Source: Lingula anatina (lineage: Eukaryota > Animalia > Brachiopoda). Taken from it: a stretch of 64,000 nt of DNA. Positions 41,157-52,830 of the stretch are shown one piece after another; position 1 is the first letter of the stretch, and every line of letters begins with the position of its first letter. The DNA is taken from positions 51,376,788-51,440,787 of the forward strand of contig CM120640.1 of assembly GCA_051362555.1 (NCBI GenBank). Reading direction: 5' to 3'. The position numbers were made by a program, and so were the translations under genes. The notes under the pieces were generated by a model. It saw only the letters and a list, made by a program, of their open reading frames with translations. It was not told the DNA's origin and did no database searches.

Positions 41157-42097
41157 CTGTACATCTAGACGACGGAGCTGTAACCAAGTGTTAAAATGAT
41201 GAAATATGGCTTCGTTTTATGTAAATGTTTGATATTCATATCACAGTTTAACCGGTTCGTGTGTGTTTTTATAAACAAAACAATAGTCCCAAACTGCAAG
41301 CATGTGATCTCAGTGCTTCTGAGTCTGTATTTGTTTTAGAATTTTTTAATAATACTCAGCTCCAAACTCAATATGGCCGTATCACAATGATGCAAAATAT
41401 CAAGCTCATATGCAGTAGATGAAGGGAAACTCGATTAAAATTCAAGCAAACAATTGTATAATGACTAATTATGAAGAAAACCAAAGTGGGTATAAAATGT
41501 GCTTTAAGGGAAAAAATGAACGCGCAATGTAAATATTCGATGAAAGCAATTAATTTGAATAATAAAAAGTTTACTGATGAGGATATCAAATTCATTTTCT
41601 ATTTTCATTCACGAATTGATGACAGGACATAAACGATATAACACTGCACATTTGGTTTTCTTCAATAGCAATCGACCGATTATTTGTTGAATTCAGAAGT
41701 CACTACTTTCTTTTTTTCCTCAAAAACTTCAAGATTTTCTCAAAAGCAATGAATAATTAGAATAAGATCTCCATAAAAATACAATGAAAAAAATGCCATC
41801 TAAATATTCTGTAAAATGACGTTAACAAACATTCATGTGTTAGTTGACTGCGCACGCAATTTAGTTTCGAACAAGATACATTGTCTCATCATTAAAAAAC
41901 ACATTCAGAACAAATATAAACGTGTTAAGGTGAACATAAAACGAGATCATGAGGCATAATGATTTTCTTAAAAAACATCATAGCGTACATGTCGATTTAC
42001 TTACAAATTGCATAATACTAAAAAGCGTTCTAAATTGATCTGGTCTATGCATTAATTACACAAAAACCCTTCAATACCCGAAAAAAGGTTATCTTAC

Positions 42098-42190
42098 CTG
42101 CTGCTCAAGCCCTAGAGTAAAAAGACCTAGGCGGATTCTTTCACCTTCTAAGGGTGACAAGCCATATTTTGCTCTTTCTTCTTTATATGG
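42098..42190 (-). promoter_or_regulatory. Putative non-coding first exon and TATA box of B2
   Basis: CAG|GTAAGA donor next to 42098 and ATATAAAG at 42181-42188. C and D show the same layout of a short UTR exon upstream of the signal-peptide exon. Confidence 0.5.
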
Positions 42191-45175
42191 ATATATTTTA
42201 CTACTGATAAGACGAGCCAACCGTAATCCATTAAGGGAATCACACCTCTCTTTAAAGAATGTTACCGTGTTTCAAATTGCGGTTCTGGTTGTTTTATGTG
42301 AATTTTTAGGAGAGATAAAACATACCTTGGGTGTACCAAGACACTTTGAACATATACCGACATATCAATACGTACATCAAAAGCATTGTTACATATCAAT
42401 ACGATGTTTATAGTCGACATGTATATACTGAATAGATATAGAAGTACCGTAGAGAGGTGTTTGATATGCGTAGTCTAAACCTATCAGGACTACACACAGT
42501 TAGAACATTTCACCCCATGTTGCAGTAATTTAGTTTTCCCCTCACATAAACTGTAAACTTCTAATAGTGTTTTTAAATCACTTTTAATTGCCGACCTGGG
42601 AAATGCAATTACTGAAAGTATCAGTGTGTCCTTAAAAAACCTCTGGTGTTTCTATTTTATAGCACATACATTTGCTTACTTCACCGAGACTAATTTCATT
42701 TCAGAACATATAAAAAGTTGCGGTAACATTAGTGGTACTTGAATGGAATAAATTAATTTGCATAACATGTAAACAATCTTTTTATTTCTAAATTTTTTTC
42801 AACGACTTCAGAAATGAGTTGATATGATCCCATTGATGAAGCTGTGGTGTGCTTTTGTTTTTGACCTCAAACTGAGCGGAAAATAATTTTAGTTAGGTTT
42901 TGGCAAGCGAAATGAAATGATTTAATTTATGTTGCCAAATGTTCACAAGCACAACGGAGCTCTGTTATTGCTCCAAAGTAAGTAAGATAAGTCCATATGA
43001 CTGAAAATTGTCATTTATTAATGACGAAAACTAATAAGATACAAAGTTACAAAACTAGGGCAGATAATATAACATGCCCCAAACTATGTGCCATAATATA
43101 AAAATAATGAAGTATGTTAATGAGTGTAACCAAGATTAATTAAGAAAAAAAATATGAGAAATCAGAACAGCTATAGGAGCAAAAAGTTGGCACAAATAAA
43201 AATAAAAGGCTGTAAGATGTGAGAGAAGCTCACATCCTCGCCAACCGATTATGAAATTTAAAAAATTCAATTTTACGGGCTTACAAATTGTCTCATCTTG
43301 TAAAAGCCGTTTCCCTCACTTTTGAGAAATGATAACTGTCTGCCAACAGAAGTTGAAGATGTTGTATCGGCTTATTTCGCCCAAACATAAGGTTTTATAA
43401 TGCATTACATGAAGTCATCCTTTGTACGATTTTAAATGTATTTTGCAACATCATATGAACTTTGCTGCAAGGAGTATGTTCTTAATTAAAAGTCGGGGGA
43501 GGGGATCCCTTGGGGTGACATACGTGTATAACACTATAAAAAAAGGCAATACCCTTTCAATAAATATAATAAATGTTGTTTTAAGCAAAGTGGATTTACA
43601 TTTTAATACATGCATTCAGCAAAATATTTCCAATATATTTGTCCAAACGACACCACAAAGTAAATTAAATCAAATCAATCAGACGACAAACACCACCAGG
43701 CAATTTTCGCCGTACTGTTTATTTCGAAAAGTGCGCTTTCCTCACATGCGCATACATTTGATTCCTTTCCTTAAAATAAGCATCAGTAGCAGAATAAAAA
43801 TCTAATATTTATATTATGGCAGAGTATTTTGTATGAGTTTATGATTGGAACTCCTCCTTGTCTGCCAGAGTAACGTGAACAAAAGCCACTTCCATACAGC
43901 GTGGAAAACAAATTCCTTAAAAGTGCACCAACAATTTAAAATGAGGACACTTAATATGTAGATTTGTTTTACTCACAAAAATAAGCGGCTTAATTTTTTT
44001 TCGTTTCTTTTGAAGAAAAACATTTTATATTACTTCTCAAAAGAATAAAAAACGACGCGACGTTAGCTAGCTGTCTTTGCGAACAGTCTAAAAGAGCCAT
44101 GCCAGATTTACCGGTTATAGGTGTCCCAGTTGATTGTCTGTAGGCAACGGATTCTATCTAGAGTAGTTACATTTTTAGACGGAAATAGACCAGGGGCTCG
44201 TTTCGCAAATCATTGATATCACACTAAATATCTTTGCTTGAAAAGCTGTCTGAACAATTCCAGCGCTGCAATCCATTGGATCACTTCGTTTGGGACTCTT
44301 TATACCCGAGTGTGTCGGTTGATAATGACGCTTGTTAATGCTCTCTATTTTAAAATCTTGATAACGTATTATTCTGACACAGCTCAGGGCTTGTACTATA
44401 CGTGTGATAGGCAAGAATGCGGAGGACCACTTCACTACTTTTTTAAAGAAGACACTTATCCTTCTATCCTTGCACTACGGACTATGATTTTTATATCGAG
44501 TGTCACAGCATCAACTGAGTAAAAAAAATTAGTTATCATTAGTTTAAATTTATTCATACTTAAAACGGAAATCCCATTTTTATATAAGAAGATAGTTACT
44601 TCTGAATAAAATTAAATATGTGTCTTTTAATATAAAGATTTTAAGTGAGCGACAATGCTTATCAACCAATCATAACCACTGGACCAGTTTTTCACAAAGA
44701 TGTAAACCACCCCACCCCTTTCCCGTCATCTCCACTCTGTATGTCATGTGCTTATGTTTCCTTTAAAATATCAAGTACAGGTATTAGCGCATTTTGTGTT
44801 TTTTTATTTATTATTGACAAGAAATAGCTAACATGAAATAATGACAACAAGACATTGGTTTTGAATTTTGTAATAGCTTTAATTCATGGCAGTAAAAATG
44901 CAATACATAATACGAGCGGTTTTAATTGAAAGAAACATGGCGCTATGTTGCACACATAAGATCTTACTATTTTAATTTCTGCAACCATTGATATAATATG
45001 CCAAAGCAAGGCATGCTTATTATGAGGCCAGATTGGCACGAGTGTCCTCCTCCAATTTCATCTGTCATCTAGGTAAAATACGTCTAAAACCGGTCTTCTG
45101 TTGTTGTCGTATTTGCAGTCTAATTTGTATGTAAAATATCAATCCTGACCACAATGACTTATTAAATAAATATGT

Positions 45176-47252
45176 CTAGATTGCGCAAATTTCTCGAATC
45201 CTGTCATCTGTCAAGACACTGTAGTACACAGAAACCTAGGAGAAATAGAAAAAAAAATTGATGTTTACTGTTGCACTAATCTGCATCTAAACGTAAGCAC
45301 TGGTGCAGTAGGTGTTAAAAATCGATTTTCAAATTATTTCACATTCAAAATAAAGTTACGACTATCTGTCAAACAATAAATAGCATCAAAAAGTACCTGA
45401 TCAAATTTTCCCTTGAAGTTGGAACCAAAATTGTCCATAGCCTCATCTTCAAAACAATTATTGCCCAGGACCCAGGCAGCCTCGGTGCGTTTCATTTGTC
45501 CTGTGAAATAGTAAAAGCTTGACATTGTAACATAGTCCCTTAGATCTTGGAAACCGTTTAGCTTTCAGCCAAATATATTTCCTTGGTATACAGATGACCA
45601 ATGTTATATTTTTTTTAAAATAACCTGGTGTACTAAAAACATATTTAAGATTAATTAATTACCTCTTGCTTTGACTCTCTGCACTTGCTGACCGTCCAGA
45701 TACAACGTCATGCGCTTACTGTTGTATGTCATTACCACACAAACCCAACGACCCTGAGATCCGTTATCCTGAAAAATTAAGGTTGATAGAGATAACAAAT
45801 GACCTCGCTTCCTTGATTTTCGATATTCATATTAAGTTTTAAAAAACTGAATCCGAACAAATACACAAAATTTTATCAAAATCTAAAAGGGTCATGTGTC
45901 ACCCTGTTTTCGACCTCCAGAGACTATTCCCGCACGAAAACGCAGTAGATGCTCCAGCGCAGTAGACTACTGCAATCATACTGCAAATATGTCTCAAATC
46001 TGCTTCGCATTGGGAGCTAATTAGCATATTTGAAACATGCTTCTATCATGCTGCTAATCTACTGCATTAATGCTCCTCCTCTGTACAACCCTATGTAATT
46101 TTTGAAGTAGAATTGCAGTAGGGTATACTGCATTTCTACTGCAAATATGCTCCACACCACTACTGCGTTAATGCTTCTTTGCTACTTCGATACTACTGCA
46201 TTTTCGTGCTTTTAAATTTAATTAAAAAAATTAATAGATTAAAAAAAACGTGCAAAAACATCTATATACCAAAAATCATTTTTTTGTGTAAAGCATATAC
46301 CTGTACTTACCACTCCTACAGGATCAATTTGGTATGTTCCATTGACTGTTGTCATGCTGACACCAATAGCGCCATTAGAATAATAGATGTCAATAGTTGG
46401 TGGAATATCACATTTGCCGTTGTTGAGGAGAGCAATCTTTCTGCCGGCCGTATCGACGTCATTATCAAGCCAGTAGAAGAAATGAATGGTGAACGGTGTC
46501 TGAGGGGGACTGTTCTTGAAAGACGGCATTTCAACGTGACCTGGAATTACCAAGGCGATCATCACTGACAAAGAATAAGGTTGATAGTTGACCTTACAAA
46601 ACAACGGCATAATTTAGCACATGGTCCCCAAATAAGACAAATAAAACAATACAATTAATTGTCTCTTTGGTGCAAGCCATTTTCATTGCACAACACTTCA
46701 CTCAATTCACGATTAATCGGGAAAACTTACCTTCTCCATCCAGACACACGGCAGATTCTCCCACTGCAGATACACGTGTCACACCATCAGAGAGGTAGTC
46801 TGAGCACAGTGTTACATTTCCTATCTCACTGGCCTCAGAATACGCAGTTTTGCCAATTGAGGCAAAATCTTCTTCGTATGGGAAGATGATACCAACGTTG
46901 TCTGAGATAAAAAAAAACATTTATCTGAGAATTTTTTATCTATATGTTTTGAGCGTATTTGATTTTTGAAAAAAAAACATGTTTACGACTCTTTTGTCCC
47001 TTTCATAATGATATTTGCAATCAAATGCAGATACGTTATAACTCATACCTGGCGCTTCACATCTGCAGGCACTGATACTAAAGTTGTATGGGAAGCAGGA
47101 AATTGGTCCAACTTCGTTATCTGGCCCATAGCGAATATAATATATTGCCGGGTCTTCCAGAACATTCACCAGTGTATTGCCAGCGTTGTCTGTGCATTCC
47201 TCTGGAAGGTACACGTGAAATGATAGTAGCATATATTGCATTTAAAAGTTTG

Positions 47253-47285
<33 letters not shown>

Positions 47286-50080
47286 ACCTGACATAAATAA
47301 ATTACCTGTAAATTTACCAGGCAGTTCTAAAAATGACAAAATTATTCATCAGTATTGCAACCCACACTTAGGCAAATATACTGTGAAAATAATGCATTTT
47401 GCAAAGACTTATCGATTGCCTTACAACAGGATAAGGAGACCAAGAATTAACAGTTCAGTGTCCCCAAACTGTATTTTAAAGGAAAACTACATAGTTTTCT
47501 AAAGCTCTTTTGATAATAGCATGTCAACGTATATTTTCTTATAAAGAGACTTACGGTCTAATGTATAGTCGGGGAGTGAGTCAGGCTGTGTAGTCGTCTT
47601 TTGGGTGGCTGGAATGAAAGGAGAGATATGTTTATTTATAATGCAAACACTTGAGATGAAACTCTCAGAGCTTCACACACATTTTGTCTTACTCTCTGAA
47701 ACAAACTGTATCGGAGGATTTGCAGAAAACGACGTGCGTCAATGACACTGATTATATAACGTATTTACTTACGGAATGGGCAGTGCGGGGTGCCCATGGG
47801 TGGCTTAGGTGCGGTACCTTTGCAGATTGCTCTCGGATCGTCACAACGGGCACATGTTTGCATGTCTTGGTCCCACACTGTTCCGATTGAGCAGTTGCGT
47901 TCAATAACATCATACATCCAGCCGTCTGGGCCTCTCTCGGGACGTCTGATACACACCCAATAGGACGTACAGCTGTAGGGATTCAGTACATATCCAAGGG
48001 CTCCATTTTCGGTCAGAGGACCACCATTGACAACACACTTGCCGCAGTGCTCTGAAAAATATATAACAAAAAATGGACCTCTATCATTTAAAATTATTAC
48101 AACTGACAGACAAACAGACAGACAGAATGACCCAACAACACAAAAAGGAGCGGATTTAGGTAATATTGTCTTATGCACTAAAGCACTTTCTTTTAGGCAA
48201 ATATAGGGCCTATTGAATGTGGTATCTTGTTGCATTAAGAACGATTAAAGTAGAAGTACAATGAAATATCAGTCTCTTCTAATCTGTTATGTGTAATAAG
48301 AAATTAAATAAAAAAGGGAAAACAAAAATAACTCTCATTAAGTGCACACTTATAAATGCTAGGCCACGTGATTTGGGTGGTCTTATGCATCAAAATAAGA
48401 AGTGTATTCTTACCAAAATTCACATCAAATGTTATAGAAACGCAATACGTCGGTACTTTTAATTTTAATTTTAAAAGTAAAAAAACACTCTTTCCTTTTA
48501 TCATTTTTGTGATAAATTACCATTGTTAGAAGAAAGAGCATGGAGAAGCCTGGTCTACTGGTAAATGCTTAAATGAAAGAAACACTAAGCATCAATCAAT
48601 GATGACGTGTCAGATAATTGTTCTGGAATAAAGGAGCATCATTATTCATAAAGTTTTAAGAAACCTAAATGAAATACTTACTATCGATATCCACAGAAAC
48701 CGGAGGCACGTAAGGAGTGGTAGTCGTTGGGGTGGTTGTGGTTGTTGGAGCCCTGGTTGTGGTGGTCCTTGGGGTAGTGGTAGTAGTAATGGTGGTAGGT
48801 CTTGGGGTGGTTGTGGTTGTGGTTGTCGTAGTGGTAGTTGTCGGGGCAGCTGGAACCGTCACGACTAAAAACAAACATAACCAGTATGATTTATTGATTT
48901 TATTGAAAAATTAATGAAAAGTAATATGAATAGATGGACAGGCACATGTCGTTAATTAATAGAGACGAAAATGACAAAGAAAACAAAACAAATAGACATA
49001 CTTTATTTGCTTTAAAAAATGAACATTGCTTTTAAGTAAATGATGAAGAAGGAAGGAAAGAACACATGTATAAGAGCTGCTTACCGCTTGTACAAATAGA
49101 TCTTGAAATGTTATTCCGAATGTCAAACAGTTCCTCAAAATTTTTCACAACGAAAACCTTTTTGTCATCTGTTGCAGCAGCTCTTAATTCATCTACATTG
49201 ACCTGTAATGGACAATGACAGACAGACTGTTGAATCAAACTTAGGAAAAAACGCTACTGCCAAAGTTGCTTTTGAATATCGATTTTAAGACAGGCATGAT
49301 ACTCTTAGTCGATATTAACCAAGGGGATGTTTTAAATTTCTAAAAGTAAGTACATTTAAGAACGTTGTTTTCTTATGAGTAGTTTTCATATTTACATGTG
49401 TGCCAATTCCAATGGCATAAACGATGTTATCTTCCTTTTTTAGTTGTCTGGATGCAACCAGAGTTCTATCCGGGTATGATGATTCACCATCTGTCATCAG
49501 CACAGCAATATTGGTGATGTTAGGTCTGTCCCCAGCATTATAGTTGAAGACCTGTACCCTGGCTCGAGAAAGGGCCAAATGGGTGGAAGTCGAGCCAGGC
49601 TTATACTTCACCTTATCGACAGCTTTAAGAACATCCCCTTTTTTCCCATATCTTTTCAAATTAAATTGCAGAGAAGAGGAAGAGGAAAATGTTACAAGCG
49701 CCACTCTAACATACTCAGGGCCTACATCAAAGCCATTGACCATCTCTTTCACAAACCGCATTTCTGTCGTGAATTGTTCTTGTCCCAAACTATCAGAAGA
49801 ATCAATCAGGAATGCGATGTCTGCTTCACCTCTACAAGCTAAGCAAAAAAGTGTTAAATACACACTTTTCAAGTTCCTAACACCAAATATAAACGATTCG
49901 CATTGTTAAATATATGACACACCTTTTTGTCTAACATTTAATCAAGCTAATCAGTATGTTTATTTCAAGGTTAAATAATTTGATGATTGTTAATATATAC
50001 TTACCAGTTTGAACGTCCTGAGATGCTGCAATTCCAATAAAAATGACCATAACGACAACGGACATCACGTTGCCAAACAT
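45176..50080 (-). CDS. Pif-like protein C (signal peptide, VWA with intact MIDAS, Thr-rich linker, CBM14, reduced Cys module, LamG), ~658 aa
   Basis: Exons 50080-50005 (MFGNVMSVVVMVIFIGIAASQDVQT), 49838-49396 (DIAFLIDSSDS...GSTST...LMTDG), 49202-49085, 48864-48682 (poly-Thr), 48051-47773, 47608-47555, 47201-47049, 46901-46731, 46540-46311, 45768-45663, 45500-45397 and 45235-45176. Confidence 0.9.
45932..46209. mobile_element. MITE in a gene C intron
   Basis: 17-bp TIRs GCACGAAAACGCAGTAG / CTACTGCATTTTCGTGC (1 mismatch), with internal CTACTGC/GCAGTAG repeats. The paralogous intron in D (~53551-53585) shows the empty site. Confidence 0.75.
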
Positions 50081-50367
50081 CTTGTGCAGAATCTAGGGGT
50101 AAATTTACCATTCTTAACGTAAATAGTGTAATACCTAAGGTCAGATGTATTTTAAATAGAGGTCTGAAACGGTATCTAATAGATTTCCTCGCGCAAAGAA
50201 AGATATAAATCGAAAGCCTGTGAATTTTTCAAACTGAGTTTTTACCTCATCTAATTTCACTACAATTAAACGACACATTATTTCAAAATTTTTAAATGAT
50301 GCTCCTTTTCATTATAACTTAGTGCGTGTTCAAACCAAATATGACCAAGCCTGGATAGTCATCTTAC

Positions 50368-50430
50368 TTTATGCCTCCAACGCCGAAAAACAGTCCAATT
50401 ACACCAGTAAAAGTCTGCAGTTTTTAAATA
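50368..50430 (-). promoter_or_regulatory. Putative non-coding first exon and TATA element of C
   Basis: GTAAGA donor next to 50368 and TATTTAAAAA at 50421-50430. Confidence 0.45.
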
Positions 50431-52830
50431 GTCTGGGATGATCTCCAGGACATAAATTACATGCAAATTTCATTTTTTAATAACTCAGATAGCCCTAACC
50501 TGATCTTTAACTCTGGAAATAAGCAATTTTAGCCAACTTCTATTGGTTAACATTCGCATGGTACCCATTTTGGTAAAAATTAGAATTCCAGAAATGCATG
50601 GCGAATGATAAAGAGGCGGGCTTATAGTTTCAACGTCTGGTGCATCTTGCAAAGTAGTTTAAAATGTCCACTTTTTTGGTTTTTCCTCCTACAAAACTAT
50701 GAGAGATAATATCTTAATGTGGTTGTAAAATTTCTTTTGATAAAGCTATTTAACCACCTTATGTTTTTATGTAGCGGTTTTGGCAATTTTGTTTCTAAAA
50801 ATTAGGCTACCCACAAGGAGTCTATCATTTTTACAGTCTGATCACACCTTTAAAAACAGATCATTGTAGAGCATGCACATGGTGTTACATAATTAGGTAG
50901 AGTTTTTTTTTACTTTGTAGTACATGTATATTAAAGAAGTCAAGGACCACCTCATATTTTGAGCATTTCATTATGCTGTAGATGAGGTCAACATTTGGGG
51001 AAAACTAACTGATGGAAGGCACTTAACACAGATATACGTTTCCTAAGCATGTATTTAACAAGCCGTGCACGGGAATTTTAATTGCTAGCTCTCGAATAAA
51101 GACATCTTAACAGTTGTGCCAAATGTGAGGTTGAAACATTATAGGGTGAACGTGGGGTCAAACAGATTTCAAATTATTTTAATGAAATTCAATGGGTACC
51201 ACTAATGTCTAGCGTTCTCTGCAGCTATCCAACTGGTAAAACGCAAACTTTCGATACTGTCCTTAAATGGCCCCCAATCTGCTTGCAACTAAACGTGACA
51301 ATGAAAGGTGTTAATCACTTAAATGGCTGGCAACTAAAAGCATGTAGTTGGTGCATGCATTTAAATTTTAATGTCTCTTGCAGCACAGCTTCGTTTTTGT
51401 CTGTGTAGAATTTTCAACAATTTTTACAAAAAGGAAAAAACAATTTGTCCAAATGTTCGTACGGCAAATATGAACGAAATAAATCTTAATGAAAAGGGCT
51501 TGAAATGTGCATCAAGTCAAGGAGTGATCCAAAGGTTTTAGCGCAGAGGGGGTGTAGTTGTAGAAGTACTGATCTTGTTAGAAGCTGAACACCTTACCTC
51601 ATTACCATTAAGTGCACATGAAGAACTTTTGGACGATGCGCCTTGTCTCCTTCATCGGCAGAATTGAGTGCCCATATCCGCTGCAAAGTCACGTAGGCCA
51701 TCCTTGATATTTTAACTGCAAGAGATATAAGGTTTGCGTGAACCTCCAAAGTTTATAGTGAATTTTTTTTATAAATCGTGAAGAGTAGATGACATGGTCA
51801 AAATGACACGTGTGAATTATAAGTTCATAAATTCCAAGCACGTTTATCTTCAGACGGTGGTTATCCCTTACTTATACAATGCGACAGTTGAGATGAATAA
51901 ACAGTTATTTGATTTTAGTCATTCTACATTTATAGGTACCTGCAGAAAAGGCTGCAATTATCTTTCGGCGATATTTTCCAATTCCCCATAACAAGTAATC
52001 GAAAGTGCTACATTTTCAGATACTTACCTAAAATTGTCAGCTGCATATAGTAGGCACGCCCAGACTTGTCTGGAGAAATCATAAGAAAGCTGATGTATTC
52101 TTTTTAAGTCCTAATCAAAACTCGTAAAAAATCCGTTGTCACAGTTATCTATGGAAACCGGTCATCAGGGACCGTTTTATTCTTGCGTGTGATACTTATA
52201 CTTAATAGTGAAAATCATATCCTGTATGCCCTCCACACGACTTGAATTTTCATACTTAAAATTAACTCAAACATATCCATTCCTACGCGGTTAAATAAAT
52301 ATAACACACGCAAAAATTGTAAAATATTGTCTTTTTTAAAAAATAACGATATTTTAAAACGCGTTTATGCAAAATGTGGATACTGAAAATATATTACCCG
52401 GAAACATTCCACTGGTGATGGAAAATTTATTTCCAATGACATTTTGGGATTCTAAGTTTTTGAATTAAACAAAGCTAATATAAGAGATGTACGACCAGTC
52501 TCTGTTGCCATGTCAGTCAAACATCATTCGAAAAGTTAATCTTAGATTCGGCATCCAATTTACGTGCGTATAACATGAAAGCAAATAAATAGATAGAAGA
52601 AGTTCCCTTCACCTCCATTTTGTATACTTTAAAACCAGAGACTTTTGTTCATAGCAGTTGGGAGATATGTTCACTCCATACTGATTCCCTACAAAATACA
52701 ACAGCTCCACGGAAATATAACAAAAATGTCTTAAAGACAGTTGATAAGTAGCTCGTTCAATGTCAAAAATGAGTCACATCTCAATAGTATATCTTGACAC
52801 GTACGGTGGTGCCAACTTGGAGTTCTAAGT

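Larger units (their letters stand above)
29410..41873. repeat. Tandem segmental duplication, unit 2 (genes A2 + most of B2)
   Basis: Ends with TTAGTTTCGAACA at 41873, the same sequence that ends unit 1 at 29412. The junction shares ACA. Confidence 0.95.

Noticed and set aside
41350-41410. MSLIFCIIVIRPY* as the signal exon of B2
   Set aside because: It has an in-frame stop and no GT donor. 41156-41078 fits the phase and a signal peptide.
16082-41873. The two units as uncollapsed haplotypes
   Set aside because: A clean microhomology junction, widespread divergence and B1-only decay favour a real duplication. This is not fully excluded without read depth.
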